A stretch of 64,000 bases of DNA from Escherichia coli (GTDB lineage Bacteria; Pseudomonadota; Gammaproteobacteria; Enterobacterales; Enterobacteriaceae): the NCBI RefSeq assembly GCF_002854065.1, contig NZ_CP024147.1; one strand, given 5' to 3'. Under the pieces are notes generated by a model. It was given only the letters and a program-made list of their open reading frames with translations, searched no databases and was not told the origin of the DNA. Position 1 is the first letter of the stretch. The number at the start of each line of letters is the position of its first letter. This document shows, piece by piece, positions 1-13,262 of this stretch. A program made the translations under genes and the position numbers.

Positions 1-3000
1 TCTGATCGAAGCTTCGCTGTATGGCGGGATCTCCAGTGCCATTACCCGTTCTCTGCGCGACTACCTGTTGCCGGAAAACAGCGGCGTGCGTAAAGCGTTC
101 CAGGACATGGAAGCGGCGCTGCGTGAAAACCGCATGACGCTGGAAGCGATTCGTGTCACCCAGTCGGACCGCGACCTGTTTAAGCATCTGATTAGCGAAG
201 CCACCAACTACGTGGCGGCGGACTACATGCGTCACGCCAACGAGCGCCGTGTCCATCTCGACAAAGCCCTGGAGTTTCGTCGCGAGCTACACACTTCGCG
301 TCAGCAACTGGCGGCTGAGCAGTACAAACACGTCGATATGGCGCGTGAGCTGGCAGAGCACAACGGTGCCGAAGGCGATCTGGAAGCGGATTATCAGGCG
401 GCCAGCGATCACCTGAACCTGGTGCAAACCGCACTGCGTCAGCAGGAGAAGATCGAACGTTACGAAGCGGATCTCGATGAGCTGCAGATCCGTCTGGAAG
501 AGCAAAACGAAGTGGTGGCAGAAGCCATCGAACGCCAGGAAGAGAACGAGGTTCGTGCGGAAGCTGCCGAACTGGAAGTGGACGAGCTGAAAAGCCAGCT
601 TGCTGACTACCAGCAGGCGCTGGACGTCCAGCAAACGCGCGCGATCCAGTATAACCAGGCGATTGCTGCGCTTAATCGCGCCAAAGAATTGTGTCATCTG
701 CCGGACTTAACCGCCGACAGCGCCGCCGAATGGCTGGAAACCTTCCAGGCGAAAGAGCTGGAAGCGACTGAAAAAATGCTCACTCTTGAGCAGAAAATGA
801 GCATGGCGCAAACCGCGCACAGCCAGTTTGAGCAGGCTTATCAGCTGGTGGTGGCAATCAACGGCCCGCTGGCGCGTAACGAGGCGTGGGATGTCGCTCG
901 CGAACTATTGCGCGAAGGGGTCGATCAGCGTCACCTGGCAGAGCAGGTTCAGCCGTTGCGGATGCGCTTAAGTGAACTGGAACAGCGTCTGCGCGAGCAG
1001 CAAGAAGCTGAGCGTCTGCTGGCAGATTTCTGCAAACGTCAGGGCAAGAATTTTGATATTGATGAACTGGAAGCTCTGCATCAGGAGCTGGAAGCACGCA
1101 TTGCCTCTCTTTCCGATAGCGTATCTAACGCCCGTGAAGAGCGGATGGCACTGCGGCAGGAACAGGAACAGCTGCAGTCTCGCATTCAGAGTTTGATGCA
1201 GCGTGCGCCGGTTTGGCTGGCAGCGCAAAACAGTCTCAACCAGTTGAGCGAACAGTGCGGCGAAGAGTTCACCTCCAGCCAGGACGTCACCGAATTCCTG
1301 CAACAGCTGCTGGAGCGTGAGCGCGAAGCCATTGTTGAACGCGATGAAGTGGGCGCGCGCAAAAACGCTGTCGATGAAGAGATCGAACGTTTAAGCCAGC
1401 CTGGCGGCTCTGAAGACCAGCGTCTGAATGCGCTGGCGGAGCGTTTTGGCGGCGTGCTGCTGTCAGAAATTTATGATGACGTTAGCCTGGAAGATGCGCC
1501 GTACTTCTCAGCGCTGTATGGCCCGTCACGCCACGCCATCGTGGTGCCAGATCTGTCACAGGTAACTGAACACCTGGAGGGCTTGACCGATTGCCCGGAA
1601 GATCTCTATTTGATCGAAGGGGATCCGCAGTCATTCGATGACAGCGTGTTCAGCGTTGATGAGCTGGAAAAAGCGGTAGTGGTGAAAATCGCCGATCGTC
1701 AGTGGCGTTATTCACGTTTCCCGGAAGTGCCGCTGTTTGGTCGTGCTGCGCGTGAAAGCCGTATTGAAAGCCTCCATGCCGAGCGTGAAGTGCTTTCCGA
1801 ACGCTTCGCCACGCTCTCCTTTGATGTACAGAAAACCCAGCGTCTGCATCAGGCGTTCAGCCGCTTTATCGGCAGTCATCTGGCGGTGGCGTTTGAGTCT
1901 GACCCGGAAGCAGAAATCCGTCAACTGAACAGCCGTCGCGTCGAACTGGAGCGGGCGTTGAGTAATCATGAAAATGATAACCAGCAGCAGCGTATTCAGT
2001 TTGAGCAGGCGAAAGAAGGCGTTACGGCGCTGAACCGCATTCTGCCGCGTCTCAACCTGTTGGCTGATGACAGCCTGGCGGATCGCGTCGATGAAATCCG
2101 CGAACGTCTGGATGAAGCCCAGGAAGCCGCGCGTTTTGTTCAGCAGTTTGGCAATCAACTGGCGAAACTGGAACCGATCGTTTCGGTATTGCAGAGCGAC
2201 CCGGAACAGTTCGAACAGTTAAAAGAAGATTACGCGTACTCTCAGCAGATGCAGCGCGATGGCCGTCAGCAGGCGTTTGCCCTGACGGAAGTGGTGCAGC
2301 GTCGTGCGCACTTTAGCTATTCTGACTCGACAGAAATGCTTAGCGGTAACAACGATCTCAACGAAAAACTGCGTGAACGTCTGGAACAGGCGGAAGCGGA
2401 GCGTACCCGCGCTCGCGAAGCGTTGCGCGGTCACGCAGCGCAGTTGAGTCAGTACAACCAGGTGCTGGCTTCGCTGAAAAGTTCTTACGACACCAAAAAA
2501 GAGCTACTCAACGATCTGCAACGTGAATTGCAGGATATCGGCGTGCGTGCTGATAGCGGGGCAGAAGAGCGGGCACGTATTCGCCGTGACGAGCTGCATG
2601 CACAACTGAGCAATAACCGTTCGCGCCGCAATCAACTGGAAAAAGCGCTCACCTTCTGCGAAGCGGAGATGGACAACCTGACCCGCAAACTGCGCAAGCT
2701 GGAGCGTGATTACTTTGAGATGCGCGAGCAGGTAGTGACCGCGAAAGCGGGCTGGTGTGCAGTCATGCGCATGGTGAAAGATAACGGCGTTGAACGCCGC
2801 TTACACCGTCGTGAGCTGGCTTATCTCTCCGCTGATGATTTGCGTTCCATGTCGGATAAGGCGTTAGGTGCGCTGCGTCTGGCGGTGGCGGATAACGAAC
2901 ATCTGCGCGACGTGCTGCGCATGTCGGAAGATCCGAAACGTCCGGAGCGTAAAATTCAGTTCTTCGTGGCGGTTTATCAGCATCTGCGTGAACGTATTCG

Positions 3001-3865
3001 TCAGGATATTATTCGTACCGATGATCCGGTGGAAGCTATCGAACAGATGGAGATCGAACTTAGCCGTCTGACCGAAGAATTAACCTCCCGTGAACAGAAA
3101 CTGGCGATCAGTTCCCGCAGCGTGGCGAACATCATTCGTAAAACCATTCAGCGCGAGCAGAACCGTATCCGTATGCTCAACCAGGGGTTGCAGAACGTAT
3201 CGTTTGGTCAGGTGAACAGCGTGCGTCTCAACGTGAACGTGCGTGAAACGCACGCCATGCTGCTGGATGTGCTCTCTGAACAGCACGAGCAGCATCAGGA
3301 TCTGTTTAACAGCAACCGTCTGACCTTCTCGGAAGCGCTGGCGAAATTGTATCAGCGTCTTAATCCGCAGATTGATATGGGGCAGCGCACGCCGCAGACC
3401 ATTGGCGAAGAACTGCTGGATTACCGCAACTATCTGGAAATGGAAGTTGAGGTTAACCGTGGTTCCGATGGCTGGTTGCGCGCAGAGTCTGGTGCATTGT
3501 CGACCGGTGAGGCGATTGGTACCGGTATGTCGATTCTGGTGATGGTGGTACAAAGCTGGGAAGATGAATCTCGCCGCCTGCGCGGTAAAGATCTCTCTCC
3601 TTGCCGCCTGCTGTTCCTCGATGAAGCAGCGCGACTGGATGCTCGTTCTATTGCCACGCTGTTTGAATTGTGTGAACGTTTGCAAATGCAGCTCATCATC
3701 GCAGCGCCGGAAAATATCAGCCCGGAGAAAGGCACCACCTATAAACTGGTGCGTAAAGTCTTCCAGAATACCGAACACGTTCACGTCGTCGGCCTGCGAG
3801 GATTTGCGCCGCAACTCCCTGAAACGCTTCCAGGAAGTGACGAAGCGCCTTCTCAGGCGAGTTAA
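1..3865 (+). CDS. mukB: Chromosome partition protein MukB, C-terminal ~1288 codons; 5' end lies outside the window (reading frame starts at nt 2)
   Basis: Open frame from window edge to TAA at 3863-3865; long coiled-coil-rich translation with C-terminal SMC-like ATPase segment; track start at 68 is only an in-frame TTG. Confidence 0.93.
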   Translation, partial: LIEASLYGGISSAITRSLRDYLLPENSGVRKAFQDMEAALRENRMTLEAIRVTQSDRDLFKHLISEATNYVAADYMRHANERRVHLDKALEFRRELHTSRQQLAAEQYKHVDMARELAEHNGAEGDLEADYQAASDHLNLVQTALRQQEKIERYEADLDELQIRLEEQNEVVAEAIERQEENEVRAEAAELEVDELKSQLADYQQALDVQQTRAIQYNQAIAALNRAKELCHLPDLTADSAAEWLETFQAKELEATEKMLTLEQKMSMAQTAHSQFEQAYQLVVAINGPLARNEAWDVARELLREGVDQRHLAEQVQPLRMRLSELEQRLREQQEAERLLADFCKRQGKNFDIDELEALHQELEARIASLSDSVSNAREERMALRQEQEQLQSRIQSLMQRAPVWLAAQNSLNQLSEQCGEEFTSSQDVTEFLQQLLEREREAIVERDEVGARKNAVDEEIERLSQPGGSEDQRLNALAERFGGVLLSEIYDDVSLEDAPYFSALYGPSRHAIVVPDLSQVTEHLEGLTDCPEDLYLIEGDPQSFDDSVFSVDELEKAVVVKIADRQWRYSRFPEVPLFGRAARESRIESLHAEREVLSERFATLSFDVQKTQRLHQAFSRFIGSHLAVAFESDPEAEIRQLNSRRVELERALSNHENDNQQQRIQFEQAKEGVTALNRILPRLNLLADDSLADRVDEIRERLDEAQEAARFVQQFGNQLAKLEPIVSVLQSDPEQFEQLKEDYAYSQQMQRDGRQQAFALTEVVQRRAHFSYSDSTEMLSGNNDLNEKLRERLEQAEAERTRAREALRGHAAQLSQYNQVLASLKSSYDTKKELLNDLQRELQDIGVRADSGAEERARIRRDELHAQLSNNRSRRNQLEKALTFCEAEMDNLTRKLRKLERDYFEMREQVVTAKAGWCAVMRMVKDNGVERRLHRRELAYLSADDLRSMSDKALGALRLAVADNEHLRDVLRMSEDPKRPERKIQFFVAVYQHLRERIRQDIIRTDDPVEAIEQMEIELSRLTEELTSREQKLAISSRSVANIIRKTIQREQNRIRMLNQGLQNVSFGQVNSVRLNVNVRETHAMLLDVLSEQHEQHQDLFNSNRLTFSEALAKLYQRLNPQIDMGQRTPQTIGEELLDYRNYLEMEVEVNRGSDGWLRAESGALSTGEAIGTGMSILVMVVQSWEDESRRLRGKDLSPCRLLFLDEAARLDARSIATLFELCERLQMQLIIAAPENISPEKGTTYKLVRKVFQNTEHVHVVGLRGFAPQLPETLPGSDEAPSQAS

Positions 3866-3869
3866 AATT

Positions 3870-3899
3870 AAGGCGGCAGCAATGCCGCCTTTTCTTTTT
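3870..3899 (+). terminator. Rho-independent terminator after mukB
   Basis: GC hairpin GGCGGC-agcaat-GCCGCC followed by TTTTCTTTTT. Confidence 0.5.
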
Positions 3900-4125
3900 C
3901 CGAAAACTCCGTTTCTGCACTAAAAAAGTGGCACATTACGGCGCGCTTTTCTTTAAACTTCTTTACATTAGGTTATGTAAAAACGTATCGGCGTTTATAT
4001 ACTGAAGATAAGCCTGATGAGTAACAGGCTTGCTCGTCATACTTTCGTGAGTATTGGCGTTGTACAGGCAAGTCGTAAAATAACAGCCTGGCTATTCAGA
4101 GTATGATAAAAACAGGGGGCAAGGG

Positions 4126-5973
4126 ATGTTGCTTAATATGATGTGTGGTCGTCGGCTGTCGGCAATCAGTTTGTGCCTGGCCGTAACATTCGCTCCACTG
4201 TTCAATGCGCAGGCCGATGAGCCTGAAGTAATCCCTGGCGACAGCCCGGTGGCTGTCAGTGAACAGGGCGAGGCACTGCCGCAGGCGCAAGCCACGGCAA
4301 TAATGGCGGGGATCCAGCCATTGCCTGAAGGTGCGGCAGAAAAAGCCCGCACGCAAATCGAATCTCAATTACCCGCAGGTTACAAGCCGGTTTATCTTAA
4401 CCAGCTTCAACTGTTGTATGCCGCACGCGATATGCAACCCATGTGGGAAAACCGTGATGCTGTTAAAGCCTTCCAGCAACAGCTGGCAGAGGTGGCGATT
4501 GCTGGTTTCCAGCCGCAGTTTAATAAATGGGTAGAGTTACTGACCGATCCTGGTGTTAACGGGATGGCACGTGACGTGGTGCTCTCTGATGCGATGATGG
4601 GCTATCTCCATTTCATTGCAAATATTCCGGTCAAAGGCACTCGCTGGCTATATAGCAGTAAACCTTATGCGCTTGCAACGCCGCCGCTTTCGGTGATTAA
4701 CCAATGGCAGCTAGCGCTGGATAAAGGTCAATTGCCTACGTTTGTTGCAGGACTGGCACCGCAGCATCCGCAATATGCGGCGATGCATGAATCGTTACTA
4801 GCCTTACTCAGTGACACCAAACCGTGGCCCCAACTGACCGGCAAAGCAACGTTGCGCCCAGGGCAGTGGAGTAACGACGTACCGGCGTTGCGTGAAATAT
4901 TGCAACGCACAGGCATGTTGGACGGGGGGCCGAAAATTACTCTACCTGGCGATGACACGCCAACTGACGCGGTAGTCAGCCCATCCGCTGTTACTGTTGA
5001 AACAGCAGAAACTAAGCCGATGGACAAGCAAACGACGTCTCGTAGTAAACCTGCGCCTGCCGTTCGTGCCGCCTACGATAATGAACTGGTGGAAGCCGTT
5101 AAACGTTTTCAGGCATGGCAAGGATTGGGGGCAGATGGTGCTATTGGCCCGGCAACGCGGGACTGGTTAAACGTAACGCCCGCCCAGCGTGCTGGCGTGT
5201 TGGCACTCAACATCCAGCGATTGCGCTTGCTGCCAACAGAGCTTTCTACCGGGATCATGGTTAACATTCCGGCCTATTCGCTGGTCTACTATCAGAACGG
5301 CAATCAGGTGCTGGATTCGCGAGTCATTGTCGGTCGCCCCGATCGCAAAACGCCGATGATGAGCAGTGCCCTTAACAACGTAGTGGTAAACCCGCCGTGG
5401 AACGTACCATCAACTCTGGCACGCAAAGATATTCTGCCGAAAGTGCGCAACGATCCGGGATATCTCGAAAGCCATGGCTATACGGTGATGCGCGGCTGGA
5501 ACAGCAGAGAAGCGATTGACCCATGGCAGGTTGACTGGTCTACAATCACGGCCTCGAATTTACCGTTTCGCTTCCAGCAGGCTCCAGGCCCACGGAACTC
5601 GCTGGGGCGCTATAAATTCAATATGCCGAGTTCAGAGGCCATTTATTTGCATGACACGCCGAACCACAATCTGTTCAAGCGTGATACACGCGCATTGAGC
5701 TCAGGCTGTGTACGAGTGAATAAAGCTTCCGATCTGGCGAATATGCTGTTGCAGGATGCAGGCTGGAATGACAAACGTATTTCTGATGCGCTGAAGCAGG
5801 GTGATACACGTTACGTCAATATTCGGCAGTCGATTCCGGTGAATCTCTACTACCTGACGGCCTTTGTTGGTGCAGATGGTCGTACCCAGTATCGTACAGA
5901 TATTTACAATTATGATCTGCCTGCGCGATCCAGCTCGCAAATCGTATCGAAAGCGGAACAATTAATCAGGTAA
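4126..5973 (+). CDS. ldtD: L,D-transpeptidase LdtD (YcbB), 615 aa
   Basis: ATG start, N-terminal signal peptide, C-terminal YkuD-type L,D-transpeptidase region (HDTPN...SSGCVR motif). Confidence 0.9.
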   Translation: MLLNMMCGRRLSAISLCLAVTFAPLFNAQADEPEVIPGDSPVAVSEQGEALPQAQATAIMAGIQPLPEGAAEKARTQIESQLPAGYKPVYLNQLQLLYAARDMQPMWENRDAVKAFQQQLAEVAIAGFQPQFNKWVELLTDPGVNGMARDVVLSDAMMGYLHFIANIPVKGTRWLYSSKPYALATPPLSVINQWQLALDKGQLPTFVAGLAPQHPQYAAMHESLLALLSDTKPWPQLTGKATLRPGQWSNDVPALREILQRTGMLDGGPKITLPGDDTPTDAVVSPSAVTVETAETKPMDKQTTSRSKPAPAVRAAYDNELVEAVKRFQAWQGLGADGAIGPATRDWLNVTPAQRAGVLALNIQRLRLLPTELSTGIMVNIPAYSLVYYQNGNQVLDSRVIVGRPDRKTPMMSSALNNVVVNPPWNVPSTLARKDILPKVRNDPGYLESHGYTVMRGWNSREAIDPWQVDWSTITASNLPFRFQQAPGPRNSLGRYKFNMPSSEAIYLHDTPNHNLFKRDTRALSSGCVRVNKASDLANMLLQDAGWNDKRISDALKQGDTRYVNIRQSIPVNLYYLTAFVGADGRTQYRTDIYNYDLPARSSSQIVSKAEQLIR

Positions 5974-6153
5974 ATGAAGTAGTTCGGGGAAATCAGTTGT
6001 CGTAATAATTAGCATGATTGGGGGCAATTCTCTGCAGCCCCCGTCACTGCTGGGGTTGAGTCATCTTGACGTCTGCTTTACGGGCGGTTAAGGTGCCTCT
6101 TGTGCGCCAGAAGTGCATATAAACGATAACATTGACCTGTAGACTTGATTATC

Positions 6154-6705
6154 ATGGACAAATTCGACGCTAATCGCCGCAAATTGCTGGCGCTTGGTGG
6201 CGTTGCACTCGGTGCCGCCATCCTGCCGACCCCTGCGTTTGCAACACTCTCTACCCCACGCCCGCGCATTTTGACACTCAATAATCTTCATACCGGAGAG
6301 TCAATCAAAGCGGAGTTTTTCGATGGCAGAGGCTATATTCAGGAAGAATTGGCAAAACTTAACCATTTTTTCCGCGATTACCGCGCGAACAAAATAAAGT
6401 CCATCGACCCAGGATTATTCGACCAGTTGTATCGCCTGCAAGGGTTGTTAGGCACGCGCAAACCGGTGCAACTCATTTCCGGTTATCGTTCCATTGATAC
6501 CAACAATGAACTACGCGCCCGCAGCCGTGGAGTAGCGAAGAAAAGCTATCACACTAAAGGCCAGGCGATGGATTTCCATATTGAAGGTATCGCGTTAAGC
6601 AATATTCGCAAAGCCGCGTTATCTATGCGCGCAGGTGGTGTAGGATATTACCCACGTAGTAACTTTGTGCATATTGATACCGGGCCAGCACGGCACTGGT
6701 GGTAA
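6154..6705 (+). CDS. mepK: Peptidoglycan L,D-endopeptidase MepK (YcbK), Tat-exported
   Basis: Internal ATG at 6154 gives MDKFDANRRKLLALGG with a twin-arginine motif; track start 6145 is a TTG three codons upstream. Confidence 0.88.
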   Translation: MDKFDANRRKLLALGGVALGAAILPTPAFATLSTPRPRILTLNNLHTGESIKAEFFDGRGYIQEELAKLNHFFRDYRANKIKSIDPGLFDQLYRLQGLLGTRKPVQLISGYRSIDTNNELRARSRGVAKKSYHTKGQAMDFHIEGIALSNIRKAALSMRAGGVGYYPRSNFVHIDTGPARHWW

Positions 6706-6728
6706 TTGCTTAACGAAACAGGGGCAGT

Positions 6729-7376
6729 ATGAACTATCGTATTATTCCGGTCACCGCATTCTCCCAGAACTGTTCATTGATCTGGTGTGAACAAACCCGC
6801 CTGGCCGCACTGGTCGATCCTGGCGGCGATGCGGAAAAAATCAAACAGGAAGTTGATGACAGCGGCCTGACACTGATGCAGATCCTGCTGACGCATGGTC
6901 ATCTGGACCACGTTGGCGCAGCGGCGGAACTGGCGCAACATTACGGCGTGCCGGTTTTTGGTCCGGAAAAAGAAGATGAGTTCTGGCTGCAAGGCTTGCC
7001 TGCGCAAAGTCGTATGTTTGGTCTGGAAGAGTGCCAGCCGCTGACGCCAGATCGTTGGCTGAACGAAGGCGATACCATCAGCATAGGGAATGTGACTTTA
7101 CAGGTGTTACATTGCCCTGGGCATACGCCGGGTCATGTCGTGTTTTTTGATGATCGGGCAAAGCTGCTGATTTCTGGCGATGTTATTTTCAAAGGCGGAG
7201 TAGGGCGCAGTGACTTCCCGCGTGGCGATCATAATCAACTGATTTCTTCAATCAAAGATAAGTTGCTGCCACTGGGGGATGACGTGACATTTATTCCGGG
7301 TCACGGACCATTATCCACACTTGGTTATGAGCGCCTGCATAATCCCTTCCTGCAAGACGAAATGCCCGTCTGGTAA
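6729..7376 (+). CDS. ycbL: Metallo-beta-lactamase-fold hydroxyacylglutathione hydrolase-like protein YcbL, 215 aa
   Basis: THGHLDH metal-binding motif typical of glyoxalase II/MBL fold. Confidence 0.85.
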   Translation: MNYRIIPVTAFSQNCSLIWCEQTRLAALVDPGGDAEKIKQEVDDSGLTLMQILLTHGHLDHVGAAAELAQHYGVPVFGPEKEDEFWLQGLPAQSRMFGLEECQPLTPDRWLNEGDTISIGNVTLQVLHCPGHTPGHVVFFDDRAKLLISGDVIFKGGVGRSDFPRGDHNQLISSIKDKLLPLGDDVTFIPGHGPLSTLGYERLHNPFLQDEMPVW

Positions 7377-7382
7377 AGGCGC

Positions 7383-7420
7383 ATAAAAAAGCCCGCTTTT
7401 CAGCGGGCTTCATTGTTTTT
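7383..7420. terminator. Bidirectional rho-independent terminator between convergent ycbL and aspC
   Basis: Hairpin AAGCCCGC-ttttca-GCGGGCTT flanked by A-run upstream and T-run downstream. Confidence 0.6.
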
Positions 7421-7425
7421 AACGC

Positions 7426-8616
7426 TTACAGCACTGCCACAATCGCTTCGCACAGCGGAGCCATATTATCTGGTGTCATCCCGGCCACGTTTACGCGACC
7501 AGAAGCAACAGCATACACGCCAAACTCTCCGCGCAGACGCAGCACTTGTTCTTTTGTCAGGCCACTGAAGGAGAACATGCCGTTCTGTTTGATGATAAAG
7601 CTGAAGTCGCGGTTTGCGCCTTTTTCCTGCAGCGTATTGACGAACAACTGACGCATACGCTGAATACGCTGGCGCATATCAGTCAGCTCTTGTTCCCAAA
7701 TCGCACGTAACGCATCGTTGCTCAGGATGGTGGCAACAACAGAAGCGCCGTGTGCTGGTGGGTTAGAGTAGTTAGCGCGAATCGCCGCTTTCATTTGGCT
7801 GAATGCGCGATCAACGGTTTCACTGTCGGCAGCAACCAGAGTACAAGCGCCAACACGCTCGTTGTACAGGCCAAAGTTTTTAGAGTAGGAACTGGCAACA
7901 ATCAGCTCTTTATGCATAGCCGCGAAAGCGCGCAGTCCTTCAGCATCTTCTTCCAGACCACGGGCAAACCCTTGGTAAGCGAAGTCAAACAGCGGTAACC
8001 AGCCTTTCTCAACGGAGAGTTGTGCCAGTGTCTGCCATTGTTCCAGCGTAGGGTCGATACCGGTTGGGTTATGGCAGCAGCCATGGAACAGCACTACATC
8101 GCCAGCCTGAGCTTCGTTCAGACTGTTAATCAGTGCATCGAAGTCAAGGGTGTGATTTTCCGCGTCATAATAAGCGTATTCACGAACTTCCAGACCTGCA
8201 GAGTTAAAGACGCTCTTATGGTTCGGCCAGCTTGGGTTGCTCACCCACACACGCTTAACGCTGGTATTTTTTGCCAGGAAATCGGCAGCTACGCGTAGTG
8301 CGCCAGTGCCCCCCGGAGTCTGTGCCGTGCGAGCACGTTTGTCATTGATCAGGGCGCTACCTTTACCAAATAGCAGTTCCTGAGTGCAGCGACCAAATTC
8401 AGGGATGCCGTCAATGCCGAGGTAATTTTTGGTGGTTTCATTTTCGAGCAGATACTGTTCAGCCTTTTTCACGCTGGTCAGTACCGGGGTTTTGCCCGTC
8501 TCATCTTTATAGACACCAATCCCGAGGTTAATTTTGCCGGGACGTTCATCGGCACGAAACAGATCGGCCAGGCCCAGAATCGGGTCGGCAGGAGCGGCGG
8601 TAATGTTCTCAAACAT
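7426..8616 (-). CDS. aspC: Aspartate aminotransferase AspC, 396 aa
   Basis: Translation [16 protein letters not shown]... with PLP-lysine motif [14 protein letters not shown]. Confidence 0.96.
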   Translation of the reverse strand: MFENITAAPADPILGLADLFRADERPGKINLGIGVYKDETGKTPVLTSVKKAEQYLLENETTKNYLGIDGIPEFGRCTQELLFGKGSALINDKRARTAQTPGGTGALRVAADFLAKNTSVKRVWVSNPSWPNHKSVFNSAGLEVREYAYYDAENHTLDFDALINSLNEAQAGDVVLFHGCCHNPTGIDPTLEQWQTLAQLSVEKGWLPLFDFAYQGFARGLEEDAEGLRAFAAMHKELIVASSYSKNFGLYNERVGACTLVAADSETVDRAFSQMKAAIRANYSNPPAHGASVVATILSNDALRAIWEQELTDMRQRIQRMRQLFVNTLQEKGANRDFSFIIKQNGMFSFSGLTKEQVLRLRGEFGVYAVASGRVNVAGMTPDNMAPLCEAIVAVL

Positions 8617-8744
8617 GACGAGGTTCCATTATGGTTACAGAAGGGAAGTCCGCTATCAGGGTAACGGGAGATTTACAAAATTCCAACTATTACTGATGAA
8701 AACGCAGGCTGTTTTTGCAAGACGTGAGATTGCTCTGGAAGGCA

Positions 8745-8776
8745 TAAAAAAAACAGGACCAACGTCCTGTTTTTTC
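8745..8776. terminator. Rho-independent terminator downstream of ompF, hairpin with flanking A/T runs
   Basis: ACAGGAC-caac-GTCCTGT with A8 upstream and T6 downstream. Confidence 0.55.
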
Positions 8777-8800
8777 GGCATTTAACAAAGAGGTGTGCTA

Positions 8801-9889
8801 TTAGAACTGGTAAACGATACCCACAGCAACGGTGTCGTCAGAACCTACGCCCAGTTTGTTGTCAGAATCGATCTGGTTGATGATGTAGTCAACATAGGTG
8901 GACATGTTTTTGTTGAAGTAGTAGGTTGCGCCCACTTCAAAGTAGTTCACCAGATCAACATCACCGATACCTTCTACGTCTTTCGCTTTAGATTTGGTGT
9001 AAGCGATGGACGGACGCAGACCGAAATCGAACTGGTATTGCGCAACTAACAGAACGTCTTGCGTTTTGTTGGCGAAGCCGCTGATGTTTGTAAATTTATT
9101 AGTGATCGGCGTAGCGTTACGGGTTTCACCGTAGTTCGCTGCCAGGTAGATGTTGTTCGCGTCATACTTCAGACCAGTAGCCCACTGTTCAGCTTTTTTA
9201 CCGTTGCCAAGAAGTTGAGCTTCTTGCAGGTTGGTACGGTCAGCTGCACCATAAGCACCAACGATACCAAAGCCTTCGTATTCGTAGCTGATAGAACCGC
9301 CAACACCGTCGCCGTTAGAGCGGCGTGCAGTGTCACGCTCGTTTTTACCCAGGTACTGAACAGCGAAGTTCAGGCCATCAACCAGACCAAAGAAGTTGGA
9401 GTTACGATAGGTAGCAACGCCGCCAACACGACCAACGAAGAAGTCATCGCTGTATGCAGTATCACCACCAAATTCTGGCAGCATATCGGTGTAACCCAGT
9501 GCATCATAAACCACACCGTAGTTACGGCCGTAATCGAAAGAACCAACGTCAGCGTATTTAAGACCCGCGAATGCCAGACGCGTTTTGTTACCAGTTTGAG
9601 CGTCAGCGCCTTCAGAGTTGTTACCCTGGAAGTTATATTCCCACTGACCATAACCGGTCAGATCGGAATTGATTTGAGTTTCCCCTTTAAAACCAAGACG
9701 GGCATAGGTCATGTCGCCATTGCCACCGTAACTGTTTTCACCGTTACCCTTGGAGAAATAATGCAGACCGACAGCTTTACCGTACAGATCTACTTTGTTG
9801 CCATCTTTGTTATAGATTTCTGCAGCGTTTGCAGTACCTGCTACTAACAGAGCAGGGACGATCACTGCCAGAATATTGCGCTTCATCAT
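8801..9889 (-). CDS. ompF: Outer membrane porin OmpF precursor, 362 aa
   Basis: [22 protein letters not shown] signal peptide, porin beta-barrel ending ...VGIVYQF. Confidence 0.96.
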   Translation of the reverse strand: MMKRNILAVIVPALLVAGTANAAEIYNKDGNKVDLYGKAVGLHYFSKGNGENSYGGNGDMTYARLGFKGETQINSDLTGYGQWEYNFQGNNSEGADAQTGNKTRLAFAGLKYADVGSFDYGRNYGVVYDALGYTDMLPEFGGDTAYSDDFFVGRVGGVATYRNSNFFGLVDGLNFAVQYLGKNERDTARRSNGDGVGGSISYEYEGFGIVGAYGAADRTNLQEAQLLGNGKKAEQWATGLKYDANNIYLAANYGETRNATPITNKFTNISGFANKTQDVLLVAQYQFDFGLRPSIAYTKSKAKDVEGIGDVDLVNYFEVGATYYFNKNMSTYVDYIINQIDSDNKLGVGSDDTVAVGIVYQF

Positions 9890-10400
9890 TATTTATTACC
9901 CTCATGGTTTTTTTTATGACACCTGCCACTGCCGTCAATAATTTCTGTCAATAAAAATTTACGGAACTATTGATGAGAGTTTGGTGTCTTTATGTGTCTG
10001 CAGGCATCTTTCCATTCAAACTAACGTTTCGCTACCGTGAAAGTGATACAAAGATAAAGATTTAGTTTCAAAAAGAAAAAATATGTAACTAAAAGTAAAA
10101 ATTAAGGAACTTTGTGAACACCGTCATATTTCCATAGAGGCGTGATGATATTTACAGCAATTTTTATCTATTTATATGATTTCCTTATATTTAAATTAAC
10201 TAAACGGAAATTTTGTTTCTGATGGAAACTTTATCGACCTGGCACAAAATCCTCTTTCAGACATCCAGAATGCCAAAAAATAGTATGAAAATTGTGCTAT
10301 CAGCTAAGAAAAAACTAATCCGCAATAAGAATGCGGGTTATTTTTTGTGCGTAAATGTTGCAATGTAATATTCCGTAACAGGATGATCGTTATGGCGGGG
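9890..10400 (-). promoter_or_regulatory. ompF 5' UTR and promoter with upstream OmpR-binding region
   Basis: Reverse complement around 10081-10100 reads TTTACTTTTAGTTACATAT, matching the OmpR-box repeat I recall upstream of ompF; long AT-rich upstream tract. Confidence 0.55.
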
Positions 10401-10449
10401 TTGCAAATAGATTGATTGACTTAACAAACAGATAACTTGACAGAAAGGA

Positions 10450-10478
10450 TAAAAAAGAGCCAGCGGGTGCTGGCTCTT
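10450..10478 (-). terminator. Rho-independent terminator of asnS
   Basis: Hairpin AGAGCCAGC-gggt-GCTGGCTCT followed on the minus strand by a T-run. Confidence 0.5.
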
Positions 10479-10490
10479 ATAGACGCTAAA

Positions 10491-11891
10491 TTAGAAGCTG
10501 GCGTTACGCGGAGTACGTGGGAACGGAATCACATCACGCACGTTTTGCACACCAGTTACGTAAGCAATCAGGCGTTCAAAACCAAGACCGAAACCTGAAT
10601 GCGGAACAGTACCGTAGCGACGCAGATCGCGATACCACCAGTAATCTTCTTTATTCAGGCCCATTTCCAGCATACGCTCGTCCAGCACGTCCAGACGTTC
10701 TTCACGCTGGGAGCCACCAATGATCTCACCGATGCCCGGAGCCAGAACGTCCATAGCCGCAACGGTTTTACCGTCTTCGTTGAGGCGCATATAGAACGCT
10801 TTAATATCTTTCGGATAGTTTTTAACCACTACCGGTGCTTTAAAGTGTTCTTCCGCCAGATAACGCTCATGCTCAGAAGAGAGATCGACGCCCCAGTAAA
10901 CCGGGTTTTCAAACTTCCTGCCGCAGTTTTCGAGAATGGTCACTGCGTCGGTGTAATCCACCTGCGCGAAATCGGCCTCAATGAAGCGTTCCAGACGTGA
11001 AACGGCATCTTTATCTACGCGTTCAGCGAAGAATTTCATGTCGTCAGCGCGTTCTTCGAGAACCGCTTTGAAGACATATTTCAGCATGGCTTCAGCCAGA
11101 CCCGCGATATCGTTCAGGTTAGCAAACGCCACTTCCGGCTCCAGCATCCAGAACTCCGCCAGGTGACGGCTGGTGTTGGAGTTTTCTGCACGGAAAGTCG
11201 GGCCGAAGGTATAAATTTTGGACAATGCGCAAGCGTAGGTTTCACCGTTCAACTGACCAGATACGGTCAGGAAAGACTCTTTACCAAAGAAGTCTTTGTC
11301 GAAATCCACTTTACCCTGATCGTTACGCGGCAGGTTTTCCAGATCCAGCGTAGAAACGCGGAACATTTCGCCAGCACCTTCGGTATCAGACGCAGTAATC
11401 AGTGGCGTTGAAACCCAGAAGAATCCCTGCTCGTTAAAGAAGCGATGCAGCGCCTGCGCCAGCGTATGGCGAACGCGCGCGACGGCACCAATCAGGTTTG
11501 TGCGCGGACGCAGGTGAGCGACTTCACGCAGATACTCAATGCTGTGGCGTTTTGCCGCCATCGGGTAAGTGTCTGGATCTTCAACCCAACCAGCAACTTC
11601 AACCTTGCTGGCCTGAATTTCAAATTGTTGCCCCTGGCCCGGCGACGCCACGACTTTACCCGTCACAATGACCGAGCAACCGGTGGTCAGACGCAGGACG
11701 TCTTCATTGTAATTGGGCAGAGAATTATTGATGACAGCCTGTACAGGATCAAAGCAGGAACCGTCATAAACGGCGAGGAAGGAGATGCCAGCTTTTGAAT
11801 CTCGGCGGGTACGTACCCATCCGCGTACGGTGACTTCGCTGTCAACGGCTACGCGGCCCTGGAGTACGTCGGCTACAGGCACAACGCTCAT
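10491..11891 (-). CDS. asnS: Asparaginyl-tRNA synthetase AsnS, 466 aa
   Basis: Internal ATG (11889-11891) gives [14 protein letters not shown]...; class II aaRS ending ...[10 protein letters not shown]; track start 11936 is 15 codons upstream. Confidence 0.95.
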
Positions 11892-12026
11892 AATATTCTC
11901 TCTGTTAATAGTCGGAAAAAATAAACACTTGTCCACCCGTAAATGGGGGGGATACCTATGTTACCTGGCATCTGCAATCAGACAAGCAGAATTCGCAAAT
12001 GCAGCGAAAGATTTCGGAATTAAAGG

Positions 12027-12051
12027 TAAAAAAAGGAGCCGATTAGCTCCC
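12027..12051 (-). terminator. Rho-independent terminator of pncB
   Basis: GGAGC-cgatta-GCTCC hairpin with T-run on the minus strand. Confidence 0.45.
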
Positions 12052-12059
12052 TGATGATA

Positions 12060-13262
12060 TTAACTGGCTTTTTTAATATGCGGAAGGTCGAACGCTTTGC
12101 GCAGCGCCCGAACAAACGCTTTATCGTGGCAGATAGTTTTGCCAGGGCTGTCAGAAAGTTTCGCCACCGGTTTACCGTTACACTCTACCAACTTAATCAC
12201 AATATTCAGGGGTTTTACCTGGGGGATATCGCAGGTCAGGCGAGTCCCAATACCAAAACTTAATTGCACGCGGGAAGAGAAGTGGCGGTATAGCTCAACC
12301 GCTTTGCGTAAATCCAGATTGTCAGAGAAAACCAGCGTTTTACTCTGTGGATCAATTCCCAGCTTTTCATAATGTGCAATGGCTTTTTCACCCCATTCAA
12401 CCGGGTCGCCAGAGTCATGACGCAGGCCCTGATACCGACTTGCGAACTCGACACCGAAATCACGCAGGAAAGCATCCATAGTGATGCAGTCGGTTAATGC
12501 AATGCCAAGTTGGTCGGGATACTCTTCCAGCCAAGCAGCAAGTGCAGCTCGCTGGCTGTTGGCTAGATCCGGGCTGATTTGCTGATGTGCCTGGAACCAT
12601 TCGTGTGCCTGTGTTCCCATCGGCGTGAGGGAAAGCCGACGCGCCAGATCGTAGTTGCTGGTGCCCACGAACCAGGATTCCTGTTGCAGACGCTTAACGA
12701 TGGCTTCTTGTACTTCGCGAGAAAAACGGCGACGGGTGCCAAAATCCATCAGATGGAAGCGCGACATATCAAGACCGGCGGTTAACGCCGAGAAGTCGAC
12801 TAATTTGCTTTCCAGCGTGTCGAGGGCTTGCGCAACGTCGGCCTGCGGTGAGCGATAGCGATGTACCATTTCACTGATAACCGCCAGCAAAGGAACTTCC
12901 CAGAGGATGACTTCACGCCACGGGCCGCTTAAACGAATATCCAGCTTGCCATTATCGTTGGACACGGTGACTTGTTCCGGGTTAAAGCGGAACTCGCGTA
13001 GCCAGTTAAGATAGTCGGCCTTAAAGAAAGGCAGGGCAGAAAGCCACTGATATTCATCATCCTGCAGGCGCAGGTGCTGCATCGCCTGAACCTGTTCACG
13101 AATAGCATCGGCATAAATACCCAGCAGATCGTCACCTCGGCAACGAAACTCCGCCGCGACATGCACATCGTAATAGTGATGAAACACGGCTTGCTGCATA
13201 TGCAACTTATAAGCATCTGTATCCAGCAACGAGTGCAGAACAGGAGAAGCGAATTGTGTCAT
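12060..13262 (-). CDS. pncB: Nicotinate phosphoribosyltransferase PncB, 400 aa
   Basis: ATG at 13260-13262 gives [24 protein letters not shown]...; track start 13310 is 16 codons upstream. Confidence 0.94.
   Translation of the reverse strand: MTQFASPVLHSLLDTDAYKLHMQQAVFHHYYDVHVAAEFRCRGDDLLGIYADAIREQVQAMQHLRLQDDEYQWLSALPFFKADYLNWLREFRFNPEQVTVSNDNGKLDIRLSGPWREVILWEVPLLAVISEMVHRYRSPQADVAQALDTLESKLVDFSALTAGLDMSRFHLMDFGTRRRFSREVQEAIVKRLQQESWFVGTSNYDLARRLSLTPMGTQAHEWFQAHQQISPDLANSQRAALAAWLEEYPDQLGIALTDCITMDAFLRDFGVEFASRYQGLRHDSGDPVEWGEKAIAHYEKLGIDPQSKTLVFSDNLDLRKAVELYRHFSSRVQLSFGIGTRLTCDIPQVKPLNIVIKLVECNGKPVAKLSDSPGKTICHDKAFVRALRKAFDLPHIKKAS

Noticed and set aside
3080-3814. 244-aa ORF on the minus strand
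   Set aside because: Antisense inside mukB; no independent support.
9059-9847. 262-aa ORF on the plus strand
   Set aside because: Fully antisense to ompF; low-complexity Thr/Val-rich translation.
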